From: Cenarchaeum sp.
Lineage (GTDB): Archaea; Thermoproteota; Nitrososphaeria; Nitrososphaerales; Nitrosopumilaceae
Length of the DNA: 64,000 nucleotides
Assembly: GCA_963692915.1 (NCBI GenBank)
Contig: OY843584.1
Location: 576,001-640,000 of the forward strand
Direction: 5' to 3'
A model generated the notes under the pieces. That model was not told the DNA's origin. It did no database searches and worked only from the letters and a program-made list of their open reading frames with translations. Below, piece after piece: positions 49,941 through 59,185 of the stretch (position 1 is the first letter of the stretch; every line of letters starts with the position of its first letter). The translations under genes and the position numbers were made by a program.

Positions 49941-50772
49941 TTGCGCGACGGGCCACCTGCGGCTCGTGTGCGGGGACCCACCCGCCCTGGCGACCCATCT
50001 CAAGCACGCGCCGTATGGACTCCTCGCCGGCCTCACCCATCTCGACTGTAGTGGCGTTGACGTACATTTTGACAAAGCGCTCCAACATTTCACGCGGCTT
50101 TGACCTAGAGTATTTCATGGCATAGTCCATCGCGTCATCAAAGTGCGCAATGCCATACTCTATCGAGTCGCGCAGGCACGCGTCAAATCTCGATATGGCC
50201 TCCTCGCCTAGCGCGTTGCGCGCCACGTTGACTCCCAGCGGCACGGGCAGGCCGCCGGTCTGGCCTGCCCACCACTCGCCGACGTCTGCAACCTTGTGCG
50301 TTCCCTCCTCGGCGTATGTCAGCTGCGTCTCGTGTATAACGAGTCCGGCATCCACGGCCCCAGACCTCACGGCCTCGGGTATGTCGCTAAATTTCATCTC
50401 CCTGTAATCATACTCGCCGATCATCAGCCGCAGGAGGAGAAACGCCGATGTCAGCCGTCCGGGCACCGCAATGGCGGTCTTTTTGATCTCCTCTAGGGTG
50501 ATGCCCTCACGCGCCACGACGATAGGCCCGTAGCCTAGGCCAAAGCTCCCGCCACTGCGCAGTATTGTGTGCTCTGGCATGTGCGCGCACGCGTGAACAG
50601 AGACTGCAGTGATGTCGAGCTTGCCCTCGTCGACTCCGGACCTGTTTAGCGTCTCAATGTCCTCGACTGTGTGCCTTATGTCGAGTCCATGCGTGCTGAC
50701 CTTGCCGGTGAGCATGCCATAAAACATGAACGCGTCATCGGCATCAGGAGTGTGCCCCACGGTTATCTCCAT
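49927..50772 (-). CDS. mqnD: 1,4-dihydroxy-6-naphthoate synthase (futalosine pathway)
   Basis: GHTPDADDAFMFY, DIETLN, GGSFGLGYGP, LVIHE, LPVPLG, MYVN. Confidence 0.88.
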   Translation of the reverse strand: MEITVGHTPDADDAFMFYGMLTGKVSTHGLDIRHTVEDIETLNRSGVDEGKLDITAVSVHACAHMPEHTILRSGGSFGLGYGPIVVAREGITLEEIKKTAIAVPGRLTSAFLLLRLMIGEYDYREMKFSDIPEAVRSGAVDAGLVIHETQLTYAEEGTHKVADVGEWWAGQTGGLPVPLGVNVARNALGEEAISRFDACLRDSIEYGIAHFDDAMDYAMKYSRSKPREMLERFVKMYVNATTVEMGEAGEESIRRVLEMGRQGGWVPAHEPQVARRAKLCP

Positions 50773-51028
50773 GAGGAACACGGTCCAATGTCGGTATAAA
50801 AATCAAGGGCGATCCCCGGCAGTCAGCCATGTGGCCTGTGCGGGTGCAGGAATGAATCAGAGTCGGCCGAAACGCAAACAGGCCGATTGTGGACTGCGCG
50901 ACAGGCAGACTTTGGCGTTTTATGGCCGGGGCGAATCTGAACAGCGAGTGCGTGCGATCCCAAAGGCAATTCTGCCGGCTAGCCGACCCTGTCATACACG
51001 TGACCGAGTATGCGCCACGCAGAATCGC

Positions 51029-51676
51029 CTAGGCATGAGCTGCGGGGGCAGGAGAGGCGCCTGCCGGTGCGAGCTCGGGGTTTAGCTCTTCTTCGACCTG
51101 CCGGTCGACTGCCCTCTCGAGGCACTCCACGACCTCCTCTATCGTCGCGCTGCCGTCTGCGTACCTCTTTATGCACGCGCTAACCTCGGGCGTCTTTCTG
51201 TTCACCCGCTTTGATTTCCTGCTGAGCTTCAGAAATGTCCATAGCGTAAAGACTCCCGGCTCTGCCAGCGGCGTGAACTGTGAATCGTTGTCTATGTACT
51301 TTCTGATACCCAGAACCTTGAGATCTTCCAATGTCAGATAGCCTCGATCCTCTGTCGGCTTGTCGGGATCATCCCTGAGGAACACGGTGTCGTCATAGTC
51401 ATAGTCTGACACCATCCCCGACAGTTGCGCCGGGACCATCGCCTCCTCATAGCAGATGCCCCACCGCTCTATCATGCGCCTGTCCAGCTCGAGCCGCTTG
51501 AGCCTGCCTCCGGCCTCCTCGAGTATCTCGACCATGTGATCCGTGAGCTCGCAGTCGCGCTCGGCCTCGTCTGACAGGGCCTCTGGCGTCATGTAATCGA
51601 GCTCGTAATTGTACTCCTCGTCGGGCGCGGCCTCCTTGCCGTCTGGCTCCTCAAGCTTGACGCTCGCCGCGTTCAT
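51029..51676 (-). CDS. Acidic hypothetical protein with wHTH-like core, copy A
   Basis: MVEILEEAGGRLKRLELDRRMIERWG; own ATTATATATT box; paralog of 52831..53511. Confidence 0.8.
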   Translation of the reverse strand: MNAASVKLEEPDGKEAAPDEEYNYELDYMTPEALSDEAERDCELTDHMVEILEEAGGRLKRLELDRRMIERWGICYEEAMVPAQLSGMVSDYDYDDTVFLRDDPDKPTEDRGYLTLEDLKVLGIRKYIDNDSQFTPLAEPGVFTLWTFLKLSRKSKRVNRKTPEVSACIKRYADGSATIEEVVECLERAVDRQVEEELNPELAPAGASPAPAAHA

Positions 51677-51708
51677 GGGACGGCACACCATGCCATAATA
51701 TATAATTC

Positions 51709-52590
51709 TTAACCCGGTTCCAGCCGTTTTAGCAGATGGCTCTTGCCGAGGAGGGCGGTAATGTCATCCAACGCCATTCGTTCAAAGTTTGCTTTGACCA
51801 CTACCTCTGCAATGTTCACTCGTGCCCCGCCCGGAACGCGCACCTCGCACTCCTGGATCAGGCGAACCGACTTGGGTGAGTCGATCTCCTCAATGTCATG
51901 CCCTGAGCGTGACTCAAACAGCGTGTACATTACGGGATATGGGCGGTATCGCAGCGCGCCCTGCCCCACCACTAGCGTGAGCAGCCTTTCGTCGTGGAAC
52001 GGGGATCTTGGATTCATGCTAAATCCGGTAAAGCGGTACTGTGAGCCTCGCTTTCGCCTAAACTTGCCGCTCTTTATTGCATTTTCAAGCTCGGCGAGCT
52101 CGATCTTTCTAAAAAATTCCGGTGCGGCCTCTGCCCACCTTGGTTGCATAGTGTTGAATGCGCGTACAATCTCAACCACTGATCGCGCCATGTCCATGGC
52201 TTTGGGGCCTGCGGCACGCAGGTGCACCTCCTGCGCCATGACCAGCTTTTCCGCCCTGTCACTATGCCCGACGCATTCCTCTGCCACATTACGCGTGACC
52301 TCTAGGAGGCTGCCATGGTGCTGCAAGGCCCGGTCCAACACGTTTCTGGCATGCATGACGCGCTTTACTGCCATGTGCATCCCTTCTCCATTCATAACAT
52401 CCACCTCCCTTGCTATGACCTCCTGGCGCGGCTCGAGCCGCTGCTCGGCTGCAATCACCTCGCAAAGCTGCCTCCTGCCGTCCATGGTCCTTATCCTGCC
52501 GGGGTCAGGTCCATACTGGCCGACACTGGCGACATTAAACACCATGGTGTGCCTTGGGGTTCCACTGCCTTTAGAGCCCGTCCGTGTCAT
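51709..52590 (-). CDS. Putative ADP-ribosyltransferase-fold protein, copy A (293 aa)
   Basis: FFR...E...I..GKF, FTGFS, QECEVRV (R-S-ExE order); paralog of 53544..54425. Confidence 0.55.
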   Translation of the reverse strand: MTRTGSKGSGTPRHTMVFNVASVGQYGPDPGRIRTMDGRRQLCEVIAAEQRLEPRQEVIAREVDVMNGEGMHMAVKRVMHARNVLDRALQHHGSLLEVTRNVAEECVGHSDRAEKLVMAQEVHLRAAGPKAMDMARSVVEIVRAFNTMQPRWAEAAPEFFRKIELAELENAIKSGKFRRKRGSQYRFTGFSMNPRSPFHDERLLTLVVGQGALRYRPYPVMYTLFESRSGHDIEEIDSPKSVRLIQECEVRVPGGARVNIAEVVVKANFERMALDDITALLGKSHLLKRLEPG

Positions 52591-52830
52591 GTCACCGCTG
52601 CGACGGGCAGTCCAAATTTAACCGTGCCCACTCTCGACAGCAGGGCATGCGCTCCGGGCGTGCACAAGGCGGCCCCGTGGCCACCTGAATAGCAAATAGG
52701 CCAAGTGGGGACAGCCCCTGCTTGTTTAGAAAAGTAGGGCGGGGCGCGACGACTCCGCAAACCCAGAGGCTGCCCCACTGACCGGCCGCTCCGTCAGACA
52801 CGTGACTGACTATGCGCCACGCAGAATCGC

Positions 52831-53511
52831 CTAGGCGTGAGCTGCGGGGGCAGGAGAGGCGCCTGCCGGTGCGAGCTCGGGGTTTAGCTCTTCTTCGACC
52901 TGCCGGTCCACTGCCCTCTCGAGGCACTCCACGACCTCCTCTATCGTCGCGCTGCCGTCTGCGTACCTCTTTATGCACGCGCTAACCTCGGGCGTCTTTC
53001 TGTTCACCCTCTTTGATCGCCTGCTGAGCTTCATGAACGCGTCCAGCGTAAAGACCCCTGGCTCTGCCAGCGGCGTGAACACCGAATCGTTGTCTATGGC
53101 CTTTTCAATGCCCAGAACCTTGCAATCCCTCAATACCAGATACCCTTGGGCCTCTGTCGGCTTGTCGGGATAATCCGTGAGGAACACGGTGTCGTCATAG
53201 TCATAGTCTGACACCATCCCCGACAGTTGCGCCGGGACCATCGCCTCCTCATAGCAGATGCCCCAACGCTCTATCATGCGCCTGTCCAGCTCGAGCCGCT
53301 TGAGCCTGCCTCCGGCCTCCTCGAGTATCTCGACCATGTGATCCGTGAGCTCGCAGTGGCGCTCGGCCATCTTTGACAGTTCCTCTGGGGTCCATGGAGG
53401 TATTCTTCCCATGAGTCTCTCAGCCGTGCGCTTCGCATCGCGCTTGCGTTCCTCCTCGCCAAGCGCAGCCTCATGATCGGGCTCCTCAAGCTTGGTGCTC
53501 GCTGCGTTCAT
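52831..53511 (-). CDS. Acidic hypothetical protein with wHTH-like core, copy B
   Basis: Core and C-terminus identical to copy A; divergent N-terminus and central patch. Confidence 0.8.
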   Translation of the reverse strand: MNAASTKLEEPDHEAALGEEERKRDAKRTAERLMGRIPPWTPEELSKMAERHCELTDHMVEILEEAGGRLKRLELDRRMIERWGICYEEAMVPAQLSGMVSDYDYDDTVFLTDYPDKPTEAQGYLVLRDCKVLGIEKAIDNDSVFTPLAEPGVFTLDAFMKLSRRSKRVNRKTPEVSACIKRYADGSATIEEVVECLERAVDRQVEEELNPELAPAGASPAPAAHA

Positions 53512-53543
53512 GGGACGGCGTGCCTCGTCACAATATATAATTC

Positions 53544-54425
53544 TTAAGCCGGTTGCAGCCGTTTTAGCAAATGGATCTTGCCGCTGAGGGCGATAATGTC
53601 ATCCAACGTCATTCGTTCAAAGTCTGCTTTGACCGCTACCTCTGCAAGGTTCATCCGCGCCCCGTCCGGAACGCGCACCTCGCACTCCTGGACCAGGCGA
53701 ACGGACTTGGGTGAGTCGATCTCCTCAATGTCATTTCCCGAGCGTGACTCAAACAGCGTGTACATTACGGGATATGGGCCGTGGTGCAGCGCGTCCTGCC
53801 CCACCACTAGCGTGATCAGCCTATGGGTGTGAAACGGGGATCTTTGATTCATGCTAAACCCCGTAAATCGGTACTGTGAGTGGAGCCTTCGCATAAACTT
53901 GCCGCCCTTTATTATGTTTAAGATTTCGGCGAGCTCGATCTTTCTATAGAATACCGGTACGCTCTCTGCCCACACTAGCTGCATCGTGTTGAATGCGCGC
54001 ACAAGCTCGACCACTGTTCGCGCCATGTCCATGACTTTGGGGCCTGCGGCGCGCAGGTGCGCCTCCTGCGCCATGACCAGCTTTTCCGCCCTATCGCGAT
54101 GCCCAACGCAGTCCCCTGCCGCAATGCGCGCGACATCCAGGAGGCTTCCATAGGGCTCCAATGCCGTGTCCAGCTTGTCTTTGGCATCCCAGACGAGCTC
54201 TGCTGCCCTGTACATTCCGATGCTCCTCATAATGCCAATATTTTTTTCTATGACCACCTGGCACGGCTCAAGCCTCTGCTCGGCTGCAATCACCGCGCGA
54301 AGCTGCCGCCGGCCGCTCCTGGTCCTTATCCTGCCGGGGTCAGGCCCATACTGGCCGACACTGGCGACATTAAACACCATGGTGTGCCTTGGGGTTCCAC
54401 TGCCTTTAGAGCCCGTCCGTGTCAT
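53544..54425 (-). CDS. Putative ADP-ribosyltransferase-fold protein, copy B (293 aa)
   Basis: FYR...E...II.GGKF, FTGFS, QECEVRV. Confidence 0.55.
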   Translation of the reverse strand: MTRTGSKGSGTPRHTMVFNVASVGQYGPDPGRIRTRSGRRQLRAVIAAEQRLEPCQVVIEKNIGIMRSIGMYRAAELVWDAKDKLDTALEPYGSLLDVARIAAGDCVGHRDRAEKLVMAQEAHLRAAGPKVMDMARTVVELVRAFNTMQLVWAESVPVFYRKIELAEILNIIKGGKFMRRLHSQYRFTGFSMNQRSPFHTHRLITLVVGQDALHHGPYPVMYTLFESRSGNDIEEIDSPKSVRLVQECEVRVPDGARMNLAEVAVKADFERMTLDDIIALSGKIHLLKRLQPA

Positions 54426-54992
54426 GTCACCGCTGCGACGGGCAGTCCAAATTTAACCGTGTTTATTCGCGACAACAGGTCATGCGCTCTGGGAGCGCAC
54501 AAGACGGTCACGTGGCCACCCGAATGGCAAATGGGCCGGGTGGGGACAGCCTTGCTTGTTTAGAAAAGTAGGGCGGGGCGCGACGGCTCCGCAAACCCAG
54601 AGGCCGCCCCGTCAGGCACGTGATCAACTATCATGCGTCGGCGTTCAATGAACATGGCGGGGCACAAAGCCCTACTAATTGCCAATGGACTGGCATTATG
54701 GCCCTGCACCCTCGACAAGGCCCATGGCGCGACTCGTTGGGACACTCGTTGGAAAGGGAGCGCCAGATGTGGTTGCCGGGGCGCACATGACCGGAATGAG
54801 CGAGCACGACGGGGTGAACGTCGAGTCGATCGTCCCAAAAGAGCGGGAACGCGCCCCTCCCATCCATTGCCACACCGGCCCCGGAATCTAGCCCGAGCAA
54901 GGCAAGAAACCACACGCCGTCGGCAGGCGGACCGGAAAGCGCGGGCGGTGCCCATATACGTTTATTATCAAGCATTTGAGCCTTTTGGGCGG

Positions 54993-57185
54993 TTGAAGTA
55001 CAAGTCAACAGAGCAGGTCCTAAAGACGATCAGCGACAAGGAGCGCATACGCAACTTTGGCGTCATAGCGCACGTTGACCATGGCAAGACGACGATGAGC
55101 GACAGCCTCCTTGCGCACTCGGGGATAATAGCGCCCTCGGCGGCCGGCAAGGCCCTTGCGCTTGACTCGATGAAGCAGGAGCAGGACAGGGGAATCACCA
55201 TAGTGCAGGCAAACGTCACGCTCGCATACGCAAAGGACGGCGAGGAGTATGTCATAAACATGATAGACACGCCCGGCCACGTCGACTTTAGCGGGAGGGT
55301 CATACGCAGCCTGCGCGCAATAGACGGGGCCGTCGTCGTCTGCGACGCAGTCGAGGGCATAATGACGCAGACCGAGACGGTGACGCGCATGGCCCTCGAG
55401 GAGCGTGTGCGCCCTGTCCTCTATATCAACAAGATCGACCGCCTCATAAAGGAGCTCCGCCTCACGCCCGAAAAGATGCAAGAGACGCTTGCCAACGTTG
55501 TGAAAAACTTTAACTCGCTAATCGACACGTATGCCGAGCCCGAGTACCGCGAAAAGTGGAAGGTGTCAATACAGGACGGGAGCGTCTCGTTTGGCTCCGC
55601 AAAGGACCGCTGGGGGTTCAACATTGACATAATGAAGGAAAAGGGCGCCTCCTTCAAGGACATCTATGCCGCATATGACACCGACGGCAGCGTCGAGGCC
55701 CTCGCCGAGCGCGTCCCGATAGCCGATGCGATCCTCGGCATGGTCGTAAAGCACCACCCTCCCCCGCATGTGGCACAGGCGTACCGCGTGCCAAAGATAT
55801 GGAAGGGCGACCTTGACTCCGAAATTGGCCGCGCAATCGTGAACTGTGACGAGTCCGGCCCCACTGTGATGATGATAGTCAACATGGCCCTGGATCCAGC
55901 GGCCGGTCCGGTGGCCATCGGGCGCCTCTTTTCCGGGACGATAAAGGACGGCGACACCGTGAACATCATTGACACAAAGCGCGAGGGCCGCGTCCAGTCC
56001 GTCAACTTTTTCATGGGAAACCAGCGCGAGCAGGTCGGCAGCCTCGGCGCGGGCAACATACCGGCCCTCCTGGGCCTCACCGAGGTCAGGGCAGGCCAGA
56101 CGCTCTCGAGCATAAAGGGCATAAACGTCTTTGAGGGAATAAAGTACGTTTCTGAGCCCGTCGTGCAGATCGCCATAGAGCCAAAGCACCCAAAGGACCT
56201 TCCGCGCCTAGTCGACGTGCTAAAGCGCCTGACTATCGAGGACCCAAACCTCGTGGTAAAGATAAACGAGGAGAGCGGCGAGACGATAATCGCCGGAATG
56301 GGCGTTTTGCACCTGGATATCGCGACGACGCTAATAGCCGAGAACAAGGTCGACATCATCACCTCGCCGCCGCTCATCAACTATAGGGAGACGGTGAGGG
56401 GCGCGTGCGACGCCATAATGTCAAAGTCGCCCAACAGGCACAACAAGATATTCATGAGAGTCGAGCCCCTCGAGGATGCCGTTGCCGACCGCATCCGTGA
56501 CGGGACGCTCTCGGAGATGAAGGACAAGAAAGAGGTCGCAAGGATGCTGCGCGAGCTCGGCTGGGAGCCAGACGTCGCAAAGAGCGTCATGCGCTTTGAC
56601 CCGCGCGGAAACGTCATGATAAACGCGACAAAGGGGGTTCAGTTCATCCAAGAGTCCACTGACTCGATACTCTCGGGCTTTGATGACGTGATGAAGGAGG
56701 GGCCTGTTGCGCGCGAACAGGTCCGCAACTGCAAGTTTGTCTTTACGCACTTTGTGCCCCACGAGGACCCCGCGCACCGCGGCCTCGCGCAGCTTGGGCC
56801 GGCATCACGGCGCGCGTGCATGGGTGCTGCACTGATGGCCAACCCGACGCTCCTCGAGCCGGTTCTTGCGATCGAGGTTCGCGTTCCGCAGGACATGATA
56901 GGCAACGTCGCCACGGTCATATCGGGCAGGCGCGGAAAGGTCCTTGACACGCAGCAAAAGGGCGTGATTAGCATAGTGACCGGCGAGCTTCCGGCATCCG
57001 AGACGTTTGACCTATCAGAGGCCATGAGGGGCCAGACTGCCGGCAGGGCGATGTGGAACACGCACTTCAAGGCGTGGTCAGAGGCCCCAAAGTCGATCCA
57101 GTCCCAGGTCGTCGCAGACATTCGCAAGCGAAAGGGCCTTGCCCCCGACCCGCCAAAGCCCGGCGAGTTTGTCGACAGAGAGTGA
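54993..57185 (+). CDS. fusA: Translation elongation factor aEF-2
   Basis: AHVDHGKTT, RGIT, DTPGH, NKID, diphthamide-site HEDPAHRG; TTG start MKYKSTEQ. Confidence 0.97.
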   Translation: MKYKSTEQVLKTISDKERIRNFGVIAHVDHGKTTMSDSLLAHSGIIAPSAAGKALALDSMKQEQDRGITIVQANVTLAYAKDGEEYVINMIDTPGHVDFSGRVIRSLRAIDGAVVVCDAVEGIMTQTETVTRMALEERVRPVLYINKIDRLIKELRLTPEKMQETLANVVKNFNSLIDTYAEPEYREKWKVSIQDGSVSFGSAKDRWGFNIDIMKEKGASFKDIYAAYDTDGSVEALAERVPIADAILGMVVKHHPPPHVAQAYRVPKIWKGDLDSEIGRAIVNCDESGPTVMMIVNMALDPAAGPVAIGRLFSGTIKDGDTVNIIDTKREGRVQSVNFFMGNQREQVGSLGAGNIPALLGLTEVRAGQTLSSIKGINVFEGIKYVSEPVVQIAIEPKHPKDLPRLVDVLKRLTIEDPNLVVKINEESGETIIAGMGVLHLDIATTLIAENKVDIITSPPLINYRETVRGACDAIMSKSPNRHNKIFMRVEPLEDAVADRIRDGTLSEMKDKKEVARMLRELGWEPDVAKSVMRFDPRGNVMINATKGVQFIQESTDSILSGFDDVMKEGPVAREQVRNCKFVFTHFVPHEDPAHRGLAQLGPASRRACMGAALMANPTLLEPVLAIEVRVPQDMIGNVATVISGRRGKVLDTQQKGVISIVTGELPASETFDLSEAMRGQTAGRAMWNTHFKAWSEAPKSIQSQVVADIRKRKGLAPDPPKPGEFVDRE

Positions 57186-57190
57186 GGCCC

Positions 57191-58918
57191 CTAGCCCAGC
57201 ACGCCGCCAAGTACATCCATGTACGAGGAGGGCACATACCTGCGCATCCTCTGGACCAGGTCGCGCGCGCCGGCATCAAGAATGTACGTGACGGCATGGT
57301 CATCGGCGCTGCGAACCGAGCGGCCCATGCCCTGCAGCAGCTTTGTGAGCGCGGTGTACCTGTACCAGATGTCGTCCTTTTTCATCTTTGCCATGGTCCG
57401 CCTGTCGCCAAGCGACAGGTATGGCGTCTTTATGATGATCTGAAACCTCGAGAGATCGTCCTTTAGGTCGACGCCATACCAGAGCGACGGCGAGACCAGG
57501 ACGCTGGGATCGCCGTCCTGCCCGTGCTCGGCCAGCGTCTGCTCGCGCTCCTGTCCGGAGTCGTTGTGGAGTATGCGGAGGCGCGCGGCCTCGGCAGCCC
57601 CCAGCTCGGAGCGGACGTGCGCGGCAATGGCGTCGCAATGGTCCTTGCGCGAGGTCAGTATGAGCCCCTTTTCTCCGGCGTGGTTTCTGAGTATGCTCGC
57701 AACGGTCGCATAGACTGCGCCATAGTCATCCTCAGTAGATCTCGCGTTTAGCCTGCGCACGTCCATAAAGCGAACCGTGCGGCTCTGCGCCGGAAACGGC
57801 GAGCGCTCGATCTCTATGAACGCGCAGTCCTCCTCCTCAAGGCCCATCGTCTTGCAGAATATCTCCCTGTGGACAGTCGCGCTCATGTAGAGCTGGCGGT
57901 CCATGTCAAAGAATCTGCGCGCGTGGGCGCCCACCTCTAGGGGCTTTATCGAGATTCCGCCGCTCTCAGTTGGCTGCACTATCATGTTCTCTGGCGCGCC
58001 GTCAAGCTCGTGGCGTATGGCATCAAGGTCATCTCGCCTTCGCCGGTACCTTGCGACCATGGAATCCTGCCGGTCGCCGACCGCATCGCCCTTTCCGGAC
58101 TCTTCCATCTCGGCGACTGCCTCGTGGTACACGTCAGCGACGTGCTCGACCATCTTTGTCACGCCATCAACATCATCAGTGTCATAGTCTGACATGCGCA
58201 GGTTCACATCAGAGAGGTGCGAGCGGTATATGTCCATGCCGATCATGTCTATGAGCTGGTCCTCTATCTCATGGGCCTCATCGGCAATGATGGACCGGCG
58301 CTTTAGCATGTCTGCGGCCCCGGATGGCGGGTACTTGCGAGTCAAAAAATACGCCGCATAGTTGAACACCGTGTGCGACGCGTTGAGCGCAATGTATTTT
58401 TGGTCATAATAGTGGCACTTTTGGCCCTCGGTGAGCGCCTTTATCGACTCGGCCTCTGTCCCGCGGCCGTCGACTGCATACTGTGTGGGCATTGGCTTGT
58501 GCTCACAGTAGACTGTCCGCTTGCGCCCTCCGGCGGCGACCTCCCTCCACGAGCAGTTTGCGCGCGAGCACGACAGCGCGTCATCGCCGCGGGCCGCATC
58601 AGTGCCTGTGCCTGCCTGCTCGCAGAGGACGAGGCACGGAAAGTTGGACTTGCCCTTTAGCGGCCGCAGCCACGCAAAGTCCCCCGTGTACTGGTCCTGC
58701 AGGACCTTTTGCGCCGTGAGCGTGTGCGATGAGCCCGTCGCGCGCGCAAACGCCATGGCTATGTGGCTCTTGCCTATTCCGGTCGGCGCGCAGAGTATGA
58801 TGTGCCTAAACCCCGAGGAGAGCGCGTCGTCTATGCGGCCCATAATCTCAGACTGCACGGCACGCGGCTCATAGGCAGAGGGAAAGCTGTCGACTAGGGA
58901 AGCCACATGAGAGGACAC
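57191..58918 (-). CDS. XPD/Rad3/DinG-family SF2 helicase
   Basis: Q-motif PRAVQ, APTGIGKS, Cys cluster, DEAH, MSAT, GVD, QGMGRSVR. Confidence 0.9.
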   Translation of the reverse strand: MSSHVASLVDSFPSAYEPRAVQSEIMGRIDDALSSGFRHIILCAPTGIGKSHIAMAFARATGSSHTLTAQKVLQDQYTGDFAWLRPLKGKSNFPCLVLCEQAGTGTDAARGDDALSCSRANCSWREVAAGGRKRTVYCEHKPMPTQYAVDGRGTEAESIKALTEGQKCHYYDQKYIALNASHTVFNYAAYFLTRKYPPSGAADMLKRRSIIADEAHEIEDQLIDMIGMDIYRSHLSDVNLRMSDYDTDDVDGVTKMVEHVADVYHEAVAEMEESGKGDAVGDRQDSMVARYRRRRDDLDAIRHELDGAPENMIVQPTESGGISIKPLEVGAHARRFFDMDRQLYMSATVHREIFCKTMGLEEEDCAFIEIERSPFPAQSRTVRFMDVRRLNARSTEDDYGAVYATVASILRNHAGEKGLILTSRKDHCDAIAAHVRSELGAAEAARLRILHNDSGQEREQTLAEHGQDGDPSVLVSPSLWYGVDLKDDLSRFQIIIKTPYLSLGDRRTMAKMKKDDIWYRYTALTKLLQGMGRSVRSADDHAVTYILDAGARDLVQRMRRYVPSSYMDVLGGVLG

Positions 58919-59185
58919 GATGGCGTGCGCGTGTGCGGCTCCTTTTAATCCATTGGGGTTATGCCAGGGGGTGCCCTGCACAAAAGGTGGGAGCGGGCAA
59001 GATGGCCTGCCGGGCGCAGATCAGTGGGGCTCACCAAAGGCCGGCAGGTCCGGCAGGCTGCCAAAACACACGCTTTGTGGCCTCCGGCACCCTGCGGGAA
59101 AGCCCCTTTTGCCCCATGGCGCACACTTGTGGACGGGGCATCCTTGTTCACAATACTTAACATCAACCCGGCCCAACTCTAGACC

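Larger units (their letters stand above)
50988..54633. repeat. Tandem duplication of a ~1.8-kb two-gene module bounded by three junction motifs
   Basis: CACGTGA-centred motif at 50997, 52799 and 54617 (spacing 1802 and 1818 bp); genes and promoters duplicated. Confidence 0.92.

Noticed and set aside
54640-54960. Possible transposase relic (TIDST) and short ACTCGTTGG repeat
   Set aside because: Single short motif, no TIRs; insufficient evidence
54633-54992. 120-aa N-terminal extension of EF-2
   Set aside because: Arg-rich non-protein-like sequence; a TATA-like tract at ~54960 and TTG at 54993 give a normal-length aEF-2
53544-57185. ART-like genes targeting the neighbouring EF-2 diphthamide
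   Set aside because: Adjacency only. Known diphthamide-modifying toxins are H-Y-E class, whereas these look R-S-E
58960-59180. tRNA or att site next to the VirD4-like gene
   Set aside because: No T-loop consensus or cloverleaf found, and no integrase in the window
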